From: Psammoneis japonica
Taxonomy: Eukaryota
Assembly (NCBI GenBank): GCA_008632985.1
Contig: QPGO01000010.1
Span: 434,001 to 498,000 of the forward strand
Direction: 5' to 3'
Length of the DNA: 64,000 bases
Shown: piece after piece, positions 47,913 through 59,938 of the stretch
Numbering within the stretch: position 1 is the stretch's first letter
Layout: each line of letters begins with the position of its first letter
Made by a program: the position numbers and the translations under genes
The notes under the pieces: model-generated
Seen by the model: the letters and a program-made list of their open reading frames with translations, nothing else
The model's database searches: none
Told to the model about the DNA's origin: nothing

Positions 47913-48531
47913 TTTCTCAAATGGGCGCACTCTTTCATTCACACACTGTGGACCCATCTTTCATGACTCTGTTTGCCAAAGAGGTGTGCTTGCTGAGCTT
48001 GTCTTTGCCACTGGAGTGATCAGCCCATGAAGCCAAAGCACAAAAGCTCCCTGCAAACACCCTGCCATGCTGACAAGCAGCAGCTGACACACTTGAGACA
48101 CGCTTCATTGTTTTGCACAGCTCAATCTGGAGAGCAGCAACTTGCGTGTGGTGTGTGCACACACCCACACCCACACCCACGCAAGCTTCTGTGCAACATC
48201 ACAACAACTGCTGGGGGTGGGCATTCAAAACGCGTCCTCATGCGTGTCACAATTGTCAGGATTGGAAGGTGCCACTGGCCACGGAAAACCGAAGTCGCAC
48301 TCTAGAGTGTGGAAAGCGCTTGCACAGCAGGCACCCGCACTTTCGGAAGGGGAGTCACGATCCTTCAGTCACGAACGGCGCATTCTTTGGTCGCGGCGCG
48401 GGGCGTCCACTGCGGGGCGTCAGGCGTCAGGCAGAACACTGAACAGATGATTGAAGATGGCACAAGTAAGAAGCCATCGCACTTTTCACGAGTGACAGCG
48501 AGAAGCACAGTTTTGCCTGAACTTTCGGAAG

Positions 48532-50493
48532 ATGAGACAGCTATCTCGTACATCTTTTATATTCTTATGGGCAGCTGTTCTGAAATTCACAACCATTGAT
48601 GCTGTGACCGACAAATCCACCGGAGATGAATCGTGTCCTTGTCTTTCCTCGTCGGACCTGAGTCCTGTCGATGTCAATCTACTTCTTCCTGGATTCGATT
48701 CTTCTATTGACTTCTCAACGTATGGCATTGGCTGCGCTCCTCACGATGCCAACACTACCGTATGTTCCAGTGAAAGCGGTTCTCAATGTGACACGACCAA
48801 TGGATTCGGCGGGATACCCTTGCCAGTGAACGACTGCCAAAGAAGCTGGTGTGCCCGTTCTTGGTGCTTTGTCGACACTCGAAATTGCCAGCTTCTGCAT
48901 AAACCAAGCTACTCGATATCCAATCAGACTCGGTTCTACTCTTACGCTACATGTGGGCACATGGACAGCTTCACAGATGATGCTAGACTTGCGTCGTTGA
49001 GAGGAAAAGTCATGAGAGTGGGATACAACAGCAACTCAGGTGGTTGGACTGGTGCGTATCATCCCGATGGCCACTTTGCAACCTCCGCAAACTGGTATGG
49101 GCCAACTGTGAATTTTGTAACTCAGGCAGCACTGAGGGGTGGATACACCATTAACATTACCAAACCACCAGACTGGCTAGCTCCTCTTGCGCAAGAGTAT
49201 TATGGAACAACTTCCAAGTTTGACTTGTGTGTATATGCCGCCACACTCGGCTACCTCGACTTTTGCGTGGCAGATTACACAATCACTGATAAGCGAGCTG
49301 CCGCGACGACATTCTTTCTCTTGCAAAACAAGCCACTTTACTTGATTACGTTTGAGGCGGAACAGACAACATCGTTTGAATCCTTTGCTGAAAACTTCAA
49401 AAAGATATTCGCGCCGTTCACAGCGGGGGTTTGGTGCCTCATTCTTTTTGTCGTCTTGCCCCTTGTGGGATTACTGATGATTTATCATGAGTATGGAGCA
49501 AAAGATGGATCCTTCCCAAAGCAAAGAACAGTTATCGTGACGGATCAAGAGGGGAGCGAAGAGATTCAGTCAAGAAAAATCCACATTGGAATTCACGTCT
49601 TTAGAGCTTTGTATGCAAGTACTCTTGGCTTCTTTCAGCAGAGCTATGGACAGCGCATCGTGACAATCGGCGGGAAGTTTAACTTGCTTGGAATCTCCTT
49701 CTTCATCCTGACGATTGTCACTCTGTACACGAGTAACCTAGCTGCCATTTTGGTCCAGGAGTCACGAAGGGGTGAAATCAACAGCCTTGATGATGCCATA
49801 AGTGCCGGCTACAAAATATGCGCCACTCGCAAAGCTGCCGAGTTGGTGATGGAAATTTACGATGTGGGAGATCAAATTGTAGTTGATCCACCAAGCATCG
49901 GCGGAGACGGACTTCCCGGGTTTAGCTGTTGTGGTGCCCGACAACGCGTCTTTGATTTCATGGCAAACCCTAATCCTGATGGAAGGCTTTACTGCGATGC
50001 TGCAATTACAATTCCAGAAAACCTGGACCAGCTTCAACGGAGTGGTACGCATTGCAACAAAACAGTAGTGGGTACTCCCATTGCGTTCGGGTTGTCGGGC
50101 TTGCCGATTCATGCCGCTGTTGCTGAGCCACTCACTAGTCTCTTTTTAGCACTTCGAAATGAGGGAGTAATGAGAAAAGAGGTGAAGGACGCCCAGCCTA
50201 CTAGCAAATGCTCACCACCGAAAAGTGAAGGTGACGCTTTAACGATTGCGGATTTAGCAGCAGTCTGGGTCATAACGTTTGCCTTTGCGTTTTTGGGCTT
50301 AATAGCAAAGGCAGTCAAGAACTTTGTAAAGAAAAGAAAGGCGCTGGTTAATAAGCGACAAGGGGCAAAGATCATATCAACCAGGTCAGTCGCACGTTTC
50401 GATCAGTGGGGACCGTTGGGAGATCCTGGGGTCGAGACTAGTTGTAGAACTGACTCGGGCGTAGTGGCACAAGGGGATGACAACGATTCTTGA
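48532..50493 (+). CDS. Ionotropic glutamate receptor-like ligand-gated ion channel with N-terminal Cys-rich module
   Basis: Signal peptide; CPC...YGIGCAPHD...WCARSWCFVD...YSYATCG module; DFCVADYTITDKR S1 motif; APFTAGVW M1; LYTSNLAAIL (SYTANLAAF-like) M3; final TM after ALTIADLAAVW. Confidence 0.85.
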   Translation: MRQLSRTSFIFLWAAVLKFTTIDAVTDKSTGDESCPCLSSSDLSPVDVNLLLPGFDSSIDFSTYGIGCAPHDANTTVCSSESGSQCDTTNGFGGIPLPVNDCQRSWCARSWCFVDTRNCQLLHKPSYSISNQTRFYSYATCGHMDSFTDDARLASLRGKVMRVGYNSNSGGWTGAYHPDGHFATSANWYGPTVNFVTQAALRGGYTINITKPPDWLAPLAQEYYGTTSKFDLCVYAATLGYLDFCVADYTITDKRAAATTFFLLQNKPLYLITFEAEQTTSFESFAENFKKIFAPFTAGVWCLILFVVLPLVGLLMIYHEYGAKDGSFPKQRTVIVTDQEGSEEIQSRKIHIGIHVFRALYASTLGFFQQSYGQRIVTIGGKFNLLGISFFILTIVTLYTSNLAAILVQESRRGEINSLDDAISAGYKICATRKAAELVMEIYDVGDQIVVDPPSIGGDGLPGFSCCGARQRVFDFMANPNPDGRLYCDAAITIPENLDQLQRSGTHCNKTVVGTPIAFGLSGLPIHAAVAEPLTSLFLALRNEGVMRKEVKDAQPTSKCSPPKSEGDALTIADLAAVWVITFAFAFLGLIAKAVKNFVKKRKALVNKRQGAKIISTRSVARFDQWGPLGDPGVETSCRTDSGVVAQGDDNDS

Positions 50494-50923
50494 AGCACGC
50501 GAGACAGTGAAACGGTGCTCTGTGGCAGCAACTCGTGTCCATGAGTTTTGATGACTGGTTGCTTATTCTGAATTTCCAGAGGGTGAACGCACTATGCTAC
50601 TTGAAAAGTAACGAGAGGTGGACCAGCTCGACCTGTCGAGGTAACTAGAGTCGTAGGTTTGAATTAGCTATACTCTCTTTACCCATTTAGGGAGTCTCTA
50701 CCTTTTGCGAGAGAAGCAGAACTCTAGCTAAAGTCGTAGAAAGCCAATACAGCTTTGAGATGCGCTTCAAGCCGGTGTGCGCTCGCTCGCTTGTCCGATT
50801 CCCGGTCCGTCTGCCACCAACTTCAGAATCCGACAACGGACAACGACGGAGCAGGCCATGACGGCCGGCCCACTGCATTGACTTGTTCACATCAATGGCT
50901 GGACGTCTTAAGAAGCGACAACA

Positions 50924-52080
50924 ATGAGCTCAACGTCTAAAGTACTACATTCTCGAAGCTCTAATTTGGGAATACTGAAACTGAACCACCCAAAGGCTCT
51001 GCATGCGTTGACTCTGGACATGGTGGATGCTCTTAGAGTTGTTCTTTCGGACTGGCACCAAGACGATAGTCTCAAGGCAATCCTGCTTACCTCCACCGAA
51101 TGCAAGCGTCCATCGTTTTGTGCTGGTGGAGATGTCAAGGCTGTGTATGAAGCGGGGCTGGATCATGCTCATAACATGGTCTCGGTCATCCGTCAGTTCT
51201 AACATCCGAATTTTTTCGACACGAGTACCAGGTCAATCACGCTATTGCAACCTCTAACAAAGCACAAGTGAGCATATGGGACGGAGTAGTGATGGGTGGT
51301 GGAGTGGGTCTTTCAGTTCACGGAAAGTACAGAGTATCAACGAATAGAACTTTGTTTGCCATGCCAGAAACAGCGATTGGACTGTTTTGTGATGTCGGGA
51401 GCATGTATTGGATGCCAAGAATCCTCAAAGGTGGACTAGCACCGTATGTAGCGTTGACTGGTAAACGCTTAGATGCGTCTGACCTGCTTTATGCTGGTGT
51501 AGCTACGCACTACGTCCCATTCGAGAAGATGGAAGATCTTACAAATGCTCTCGTGGATGCAACTTCTGGTGATCCGACGGGAGATGATGACGTGGTTGCA
51601 ACTGTACTTGATTCGTTTCACGAGCTTCCACCAACAGATCCGGCTGACTCATTTTTGGCTCAGCACCACCAAGTCATTGATGAGATGTTTGGGGACGCAG
51701 CGCGAGTAGAAGATATTGTTTTGAACCTTGAACAACACGAACACAATACCTTTGCACGGCACACGTTGGAAATAATGCAAGGCATGTCTCCAACAAGCAT
51801 GAAAGTTACGTTTGAAGGATTGATTCGAGGTGGCCGCTTGTCAAAAATTGGCGAATGCTTGCAAATGGAATACCGAATGGCTCAAGGGTTCATGAGAAAG
51901 GACAGTGACTTTTACCGCGGTATCAGGGCTGTGTTGGTCGACAAGAGCAAAGAAAAACCGCATTGGAAACCACATACCCTCGAAGAAGTCACTGATGAAA
52001 TGGTCCAAGCGTATTTTGCCCCACTTGGAGACTATGAATGGGAAATTCCGGAGATTGGAGAAAGCAAGGCAAAACTGTAA
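50924..52080 (+). CDS. HIBCH: 3-hydroxyisobutyryl-CoA hydrolase (HIBCH/CHY1-like) with PTS1; one apparent frameshift
   Basis: LNHPKALHALTLDMV, FCAGGDVK, FFRHEYQVN, WDGVVMGGGVGLS, FAMPETAIG, SPTSMKVT, DFYRGIRAVLVDK; ends AKL. Frame changes at about 51173 (CATAACATGG, one base short). Confidence 0.88.
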
Positions 52081-52366
52081 CCGAATCATGCATGGAAGAA
52101 ATAGGAAGACTTAAAAATTCAAACGTATGGTTATGATTTAGATACCAGGTATTTCATTATCTAGCGACTGCTTTTAAATGCACACGCCCTCGAAGAAATA
52201 GTACTGATGAAATGTAGCGAGCGTATTTTGCTGGAGAAAGCACGGCCAAGCTCTAAAGCGAATCACGCATGGGAGAAATAGGAAGACTTTTTAAAATGCA
52301 AACGTATGGTTATGATTTAGATACCAGGTATTTCATCATTTAGACGGCGACTGCTTTGAGTGCACC
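51978..52366. repeat. About 210-bp diverged tandem duplication spanning the 3' ends of two convergent genes
   Basis: CCCTCGAAGAA...AAACGTATGGTTATGATTTAGATACCAGGTATTTCAT...GCGACTGCTTT occurs twice (about 51978 and about 52187). Confidence 0.85.
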
Positions 52367-53119
52367 TGTTTCACCGGCAATGTCGAACAGATCGTCGAGA
52401 AAGAACCTGTCATCTCTAATTGTACCGAACTGGACGTCTTGAAGCGCGCGTACGAAAATCACGTCTGAGGGTGTTTGTTGAAGAGACGGAGGTGGAGGAG
52501 CTGGAACAAAGCTTTCTTCTTCCATGAAAGCCGAGTCCATCGAGACAACCGACACATCATCCAAATCAGCGACGCCTTCTGGGATCCAGCTCTGAGAACT
52601 TACTAGTTCTGGTGGCGATGGCGTCACGGAATGGATAATGGACTTAGCAGTGTGAGAGGCAATTGTTTCCGGTACGGTTGCATCGCTTTCCTCCTCGGAC
52701 TTGATACTTTTGCGAAGTGCTGTGGCACCCTCGCGAAGCGCTTGACTGGTCTTGCTAATAGCCTTCCGTCTGTGAATAATCCTGTAGCCTCCGGTTCCCT
52801 TGTCGGCCTCCAAGAATCTGCCAGGTGGATCTTGACGAAAGATTGCCTCAACGATCGACTCAGCGACAAAGCCTTTGCGATCCTTTCTGCAAGTCTGGTA
52901 GGCTCGTTTGTTATACTCAACTACTTTGCGAAAGTTGACGTTTCCTGGATGCCTTATTGCATGCCCACCTCGTCCACACAGGACGTCGTTCGGGTGAGGT
53001 TTGTGCACAAGAATTCCGGTTGGTTCATTGAAGCTTGAAGTACCTCGGGCCTTTTTCTTTACCGGAGCGGCTTCCGGGGTTGCAGCATCTGATGCTTTAC
53101 GTTTAGTACTCATGATCAT
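52340..53119 (-). CDS. DUF6824-type protein (diatom-expanded family)
   Basis: PHPNDVLCGRGG...HPGNVNFR...Y...K..VAESIV..I...PPGRFL...KTSQALRE motif. Confidence 0.88.
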   Translation of the reverse strand: MIMSTKRKASDAATPEAAPVKKKARGTSSFNEPTGILVHKPHPNDVLCGRGGHAIRHPGNVNFRKVVEYNKRAYQTCRKDRKGFVAESIVEAIFRQDPPGRFLEADKGTGGYRIIHRRKAISKTSQALREGATALRKSIKSEEESDATVPETIASHTAKSIIHSVTPSPPELVSSQSWIPEGVADLDDVSVVSMDSAFMEEESFVPAPPPPSLQQTPSDVIFVRALQDVQFGTIRDDRFFLDDLFDIAGETGALKAVAV

Positions 53120-54009
53120 GGTCTGTGTTCGGTTCGGGTATCAGTGTAGAAAATAAGACGAGTTTTGAGACGAGTGAGCGTGCCCTTCAGTCCTCAGTCG
53201 CTTCTTCGCGCTCCTGGGCAGGAATGCAGTCACGAACGAAATGACACGTCAGAGCTATCAGAATGTTTCTTCTTTACTTAGCTGAGAAGGGCTATTATTT
53301 GTTAAACAAGTTGCTGGAGGGAGTTTTTCGAAAATTTAGTGGGCGTGATAATGACTGAACGTGAAATGGATTCTCTCAAAGCAAGCCCATAAATAAAAAT
53401 ATCAACGTGTTAAATGATCTGGAAATGATACTGTCGTTAATGTATGCGATATTAATCGTTGATTTCTACGTGTCGTTCGTACTCTTACGTAGGCCCTCTC
53501 TACTTACACGCAATAATTGAGTCTTGCCGGCGAAAAGCGCGATTTGCGAGTCAAGTCACGATTCATTGGCGACAGCGCCGCACGGCAAGCGTGAATGAAT
53601 GACCCATTGCGGATTAAGCGACCCAAGCAGCTTTCACTTTCACCTTTGAATGATCGGAATGGAGAAGAGGAACTTGTAACTAAGACGTAAATCTTCGTCA
53701 TCGTTCATGTATGTTTCTGTTGAGGATCAGACGAGTTGTCCGAATAGGATCGTGTGTGAAAAGCAGTTCTGAGATTGCGAAAAGATCTTAACTGCGACCT
53801 CGGCGGTGCGGCTTCTTCCGTGAGCCCCTGGAGGAGTTTAGTAACTGCGGGACCGCTTCCGGAATGCACGATATCTTCCAGTTCGTACCCCATCGTCATT
53901 TCCGATCAAATGCTTTTTTTTCATGAGATGTGATATGATCGTCAACAATCATCCTACAATCCAACACGAGTCACCTCTGAAGGTTGAAGAGATGACATTA
54001 CATCCCGCA

Positions 54010-54356
54010 TCTTGCAACTATACGCGATTCGAAAATGATAAAAGGTCAATAAGGAAGAGTCGGGGTGTTGACGAGACTGCCTATTCAAATTTTGCAAGGT
54101 CTAGAATGGATTATCTTCGTGAGTAGAGTAGCAGACAGTACTTCGTAAGATAGAGAGCGCGTCTCAAAGTGAATGAGAGCGTGGTGTACTCTTGCAACTA
54201 TACGCGATTCGAAAATGATAAAAGGTCAATAAGGAAGAGTCGGGGTGTTGACGAGACTGCCTATTCAAATTTTGCAAGGTCTAGAATGGATTATCTTCGT
54301 GGGTAGAGTAGCAGACAGTACTTCGTAAGATAGAGAGCGCGTCTCAAGTGAATGAG
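54010..54356. repeat. Near-perfect 180-bp tandem duplication
   Basis: TCTTGCAACTATACGCGATTCG...GCGCGTCTCAA at 54010 and at 54190. Confidence 0.95.
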
Positions 54357-54393
54357 CGCAGGTGTGCACGTGTAACGCCGCGAAAATCAGGCA

Positions 54394-56956
54394 TTACACA
54401 ACTTCACAAAGCTTCTCTGCAGTAACCTTGTCTCCATATAGGTCTTCGAGGATACTTTCCAGTGCTTGCAACTGAGATGATTCGACGTCATCTCCTTTAA
54501 ATCCAGAGGAAATGGCAATGGCTCGTTCTGTCAAACGCAAGGCTGTCTTGCAACCTACATCTCCGAGGCGATCTATCATAAGATTAGCCATTGCATCGGC
54601 GTTTGCAACAGCATCGGACAGACTATCTTTCAGTAGAATTTGAAGCGACTGTGCATCCTGGAGGGTAGACACAACTAGAGTCTCGTCGAAAAGCTCGTGA
54701 AGAGTCACACAAGCTGCATCAGATCGCGATGTAGCAGCTAGAATGTGGAGTGACTTCCCCCGTCCTTCCTTTGACGATTGCGATTGCCCACCAGCTTTTG
54801 CAACAGTGAAGCTTTGTGGTGGAGATCGAAGAAGCGCTCTGAGTGTTGCAAGCATAACACTACTGTATCCTCCAGGACCGGATCCAGCGCACAACTGATC
54901 AACATCGTCCAGGACAAGCAATGAATTGGACATTTCTCTTGCTTCAGCGAATTGTTCCACCAATGCAGCCGCCCTTGCTTCCTCGCCAGTCTCACCACTG
55001 CCACTCAGCAGATCCAAAGCTGTAATGAAACGAACATAGTCTGCTTTCCCATTTGAAGACGCCTGCGCTGCAGCCCATGCCGCCAACGCTGTGGCACCAG
55101 CACCTCCATTGCCGCCGCCACCCACCACAAGAATTGACTGCAATCGCGGAGTCATAGTTACGGGCGGGCTAATGAATCTTTCGAGATCACGCATGATTCG
55201 CTTCATCGACGCGGAGCACGGACTTATTCCAAGAGGGTAACGAGCTTTCAGTACCTCGTCTTGCTTGCCAAGGGCTGGACGTACTTCTCGGAGCGCTTTC
55301 TTCAAATCAGCCACACTTACTACCCCCGAAGCATCCTCATCGTCCGATTCTAGCGTTCTGGCAAGGGCAAAGCTCGCGGCGCTTCGCACCAGTCCAGCAA
55401 GTTCGGCGCCAGAAAAGTGTTCTGTTCGCCCGGAGACACCGCTTTCAGTATCGTCTTCAAGCCACTTGACTGCTTCCTCACTGATACCGCCAGCTTCCTT
55501 CATTTGTCGGGTATGAATTCTAAGGATATCGCGTCGCCCCAACAGATCCGGAAGTTCAACACGCAACTGCACCTCCAGACGCCCCGGGCGCAGCAGAGCC
55601 GGATCCAACAACTCAGGTCGGTTTGTCAGTCCAACAACAAGCACGTTACTCGCCTCTTTAACCCCATCCATTTTCGCCAAAAGCTGGTTTACAACAGAGT
55701 CGCGGACACCCGTTGTGTCGGAGGTCATGGTTCCACGTTTACGCGCAATGGCATCCATTTCGTCAAGAATGATAATGTGGAGTGCAGAATCGTCTCCAGA
55801 TACCTGGTATTCTAATTCGGCGGGTGCAAAAAGATCTCGAACTCGTCGCTCCGCTTCGTTTTTCGGGCCCATTTACAATCTGCGGTTCTCTTGCGCCGAG
55901 TAGACGTGCGAGTTCTCTGGCGAGCAATGTTTTACCGCAACCCGGTGGACCGGAAAGCAAGATACCGCGAACATGGCTAACCCCCAATCGTCGGGCAGCA
56001 GCTGGGTTTGCTCGGCTAGCCAAAACTCGGCGCGCAATCGCTGTGAGCTGATCGTCGAGTCCTCCAACCGCGTCAAACGAGCCGCCCATTTTGGATCCAA
56101 CCTTCTTCAGTGTTGTCGCCGTGTCCTCTACATGTTCGTCCTTTAATTGTTCTTCAAGTTCTGGAAGTGGTTCAATTATGGTAAATGTTTCCTTCAGATC
56201 AATCGGCAGGGGTTTAATGAATTCGGGTGAACTGTCTTTCTTTCCAATCGGAGGTCGAACTGTCACTTCCAACAAGACAGTCTTGCCATAGGCGCCAAGA
56301 TACTGCCGCAGCGGTCCACCCACATACTTGATACAACCTTCTCCAGAAGCTCCTCGCGAGCCTGCAAAGGATCCATCACTCCCTCCCCTTAGCTTGCGCA
56401 CTGTTCCTCGTGGTTTAAAATTACCATCTCGATCCGGTCCAGAGACTGTACAAGTTTCAGCCATACCCGTGAGTGCTTTGAGGACGGTCCAGGATCCCGT
56501 CGGCCAACGACCTTTCCATGAAGTCTTTTCCGGTAACACATGGAGCATCATGTTCCAGTTGTTCCCCGATGCGACCTCGTATCGCATCGATTCTTCCGAT
56601 CCTCCCTTGAGTTTCTCGAAAGCACCCTCATGCAATCCGATCATATCAACTTGTTCCATAAGGTATTCAAGGGATTCCTCGATTGCCCAAGTTCCCCATT
56701 CAAATCGAAAAGAATCATGAGCGCCTTCTGAGGTCTCGGCTGTACGAAGCTCCGTGGCGTTGGCAGCGGCGTTGAAAAGCGGCTGAAAGTTGGCGGGAAT
56801 GTCATCGAGAATGGGTGCAGTGGGGACTTTGTCAATTCGAGTGCTGTGTATTCTGAAAACTTCGCTGCAATAATGATTCCTCCGTCTCTCAGTTGACACA
56901 GGGACAAAGCAGGACACTGAGGACAAAAGTGGCAGGCCTGATAATAATGCATTCAT
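54394..56956 (-). CDS. NSF/Sec18-like AAA+ ATPase with N-terminal extension; small deletion/frameshift at about 55860
   Basis: [92 protein letters not shown], plus a degenerate D2 domain. The usual ILDK(F/Y)(I/V)G after GPE is missing. Confidence 0.85.
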
Positions 56957-57634
56957 TTTCCCTCATTATCATGCACACTCGACTAGACTAGTCTACAGCA
57001 CTTTTTTGGGGAACGTTTCTTCTTTCTTCATTCGTTCGTCATCGTTGATTTCTGATGTTGACTTTTGACTTTTTGCAAAGTGCGTTTATACACGGTCGAT
57101 GGACGTACCGACGCCCAAATTCTTTCGATCGCGCAAGATCGCGCGCCAGCGGTTATCGCGCACCGAAGCAGAATTCCGCGCGATGGCGGGTCGTGTCATG
57201 TATGTCAGCATTGTTCTGCTTACGTCACTAGATCCCATGAGTATCAGATGTTCAGAACTTCCCTTTTCGTAATAATTCTACAGGATTGCTACGAATAAAC
57301 AACGGTTCCTTGCACATGAGAACATATTCATATTAAATTATATTCTTATTTTAATATGGTATTGACAGCTGTTTCAACGGCCTCTGTGGATTCTACGTAA
57401 AAGTTGTATGAATGTACCACAATGCCGTAAAGGGTACGAGGAAGCAATTCGCGAGCAGCTTTTTCGCGCCAATCTTCTGTAGGATTGTACGTAGATCTCA
57501 TACCAATTTTTGGTATTTTTGCGCTCTGCCAGGCTCTCGCTCACAATTTCTCAAAACTCGCAAATCGAACACAACACACCGCGTTCACACTGACTGCACA
57601 ACACTTTCATACGCGAACAACAACGATTTCCCAG

Positions 57635-58702
57635 ATGCACGCGAAACCGATAACTAAAGATAGTCAGAGACGATGTTACATAGCATCTGTTTCCTCGATA
57701 AGCGCCATTGGATGGGTATCAATGTTGCTTGTTTTGTCGGGGGCATCCGCGTTCTCATACGACGTCAGAGCAATCTCTCGAACTTCCGGAATTCCGAATT
57801 CTGCGACAGCCCACGTAGAATCTACGAGGCGCCCATACCGCAGACGTACCCACGCACAGACACATACAGGATTTCTACGATCAAAAATTCATGCCACTCG
57901 GAGTATCAACAGTAACCGGGAGTCACCTGTGTTGTTTTCTACAAGACTGCATTACCGCGATGACGATGGTGCACAAGACGGTGTTACCTCTGCTACTGAA
58001 AGCGATAAGCCCAGTTGGTGGAGAGGTATCATTGCCCCTACCAGGAAGGAAGACCCTGTCGACGAGAAGCAACGTAATGTGGACGACTACCTCGAGTTTC
58101 TTGATCGCAGATACAACCGACTCCACAGCGAAGAGAAACCAGAGAGCAAGAAGGCAGGCTTCTCCGCTTTAAACTGGCTTTCAGACAATTCCCCAACGAG
58201 TGAGGCTCACACGGCACAACAGCATGAGGATGCTCTCTACGTTCTTGGTGTTGCCGAGCTTGCAAGCAAGAGACTGTTACAGAAGCACCACATTCCGGTG
58301 TCTAATGACCCTCCAGTCGAAGAGCCTGCGCCTAAACCTCTAGAGATCATCGATGCAACAGTGGTTGACGGAGACGTCACCGCAGTCCGCCCGGAAATTC
58401 CAGTCACGGCGAAGCGGAGTGCCATGATTGTTACGGGCGCAGTTGACGCAGGCGCGACCGTGTTGCGTCGACTACACGCTCGCCGCAGGTTATTGGTGCG
58501 ATACCAAAAGATGAAGCTCCGTGCCGCCGCTCTGTTGCTGTTGAAGGCGTTTTCGAGAATTCCCAAGACCGCAGCGGACATGTGGAGACTCGGAGGCGGC
58601 AACAAGACGGTCGCCTTCACGGCGTCTGCGGCGTTTGCTGTTTTTCTTGTCGTGCGCCCGTTGGTGCAGGCGATGATTTACGAGGCAGCTTACCGAGGCT
58701 AA
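57635..58702 (+). CDS. Hypothetical protein, probably plastid-targeted, C-terminal TM helix
   Basis: Hydrophobic signal ending GASAF; conserved-looking NVDDYLEFLDRRYNRLH and DALYVLGVAELAS.RLLQKH segments. Start codon uncertain. Confidence 0.7.
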   Translation: MHAKPITKDSQRRCYIASVSSISAIGWVSMLLVLSGASAFSYDVRAISRTSGIPNSATAHVESTRRPYRRRTHAQTHTGFLRSKIHATRSINSNRESPVLFSTRLHYRDDDGAQDGVTSATESDKPSWWRGIIAPTRKEDPVDEKQRNVDDYLEFLDRRYNRLHSEEKPESKKAGFSALNWLSDNSPTSEAHTAQQHEDALYVLGVAELASKRLLQKHHIPVSNDPPVEEPAPKPLEIIDATVVDGDVTAVRPEIPVTAKRSAMIVTGAVDAGATVLRRLHARRRLLVRYQKMKLRAAALLLLKAFSRIPKTAADMWRLGGGNKTVAFTASAAFAVFLVVRPLVQAMIYEAAYRG

Positions 58703-59610
58703 GCGCAACACGAAGTACGTGTTTGTATACAGGCAAGGCATAGAATGTGAATATGATCTCAACGAATCAGCGTGGCAGCAAACAGCTGGTTTTTCCATGG
58801 TTGCACTCAGGACATGATCAATTCTTGAAGAGAAGGACACGCGACATTCGCGTTTCTTGGTTCTCATCTGGAACGTCCTTGGGTGCTGTATAAAGAAAGC
58901 ATACATTTTAGAAATATTATAGACTACTACTAAACTACAACCTTGTACAGAAGCGTTCTACCGGACTAACTAGCGTGTTGTTGCTGGATTGTCGGATACT
59001 ACTTATTAGCCTAGGTCTGCTTCCCCGCCTTTATCGACTTGGCGTTGATCACGTCATACTACCAGTAGCTACTGTACTTCTCTAGAGTAGAGGCTCTCTA
59101 CTAGAGTAGATCTTAACGTGAGCCGCGGCCAACAAAAAAGACACTCTAAAATTTCTTCAGACATTATTTGGTTTCCGTTGGGCATAGCTGTTGAGGCGAA
59201 ATTTTCATTAGCACTCTAGAGCACTGTTCTTTGATACTAAACCCCGACACTTAACCACTAGCCAGTGAAGAGGGCATGCCGTTGTGAGACCATCTGCTCA
59301 ACTATCCAATTGCTGTGGTTCGGAGTTGAACATCGTCACCATCGTCCTAAGTAAACCAAGGCTAGATTTTTAGATGATTGTGAAGTGCGAAGATAGAGCA
59401 ATAGGCCCCTCTAGCTAGCTAGTAGCTAGAGAGAGTAGAGAGTAGCTAGAGTAGGGCTCTCTAAGCACTGCTTTGGAAAATTTTTGTGTTGCCTTCCGTT
59501 GAAAGGCGAAAGTAAAAAAGATACGGTATTGGCTGACATTAGTCGGAGTCGACGCCATTGCCTGAGAGGAGAGTTCTTGCGATTTTTTTGGCTCCAGCTG
59601 GCTCCAGCTT

Positions 59611-59638
59611 TTTGGCGCCAGTTGGGACGCTGACGTCA
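59611..59638. promoter_or_regulatory. E2F-like site (TTTGGCGC) plus palindromic TGACGTCA upstream of the TOPBP1-like gene
   Basis: Exact motif matches about 300 bp upstream of the ATG; short motifs, so chance occurrence is possible. Confidence 0.35.
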
Positions 59639-59938
59639 GCGCAGTTCACTTGTTCAATTCTCCGCTGCAAATAACATTAAAATTTGAAAATTATATTCAT
59701 TTTGTGTTTATTTCTATTATTCAATTGCATCGCCAAACCACCAAAAATGGCGCGCCTCGTCCTACCGGTACCTGCGGCGGCTCTTCGCGGAGTGCGGAGT
59801 CTGAAGTTTGCATAGCATCATCATCCATCTCTCTACCAGTAGTAGAGCGTGTAAGCAAGTGGCTACTACCAGAAATAAGGTTACTCTACTACAAGCAATC
59901 TAGAGCATCGTAGGTTCCTGGTTTGACTACCCTAAAGC

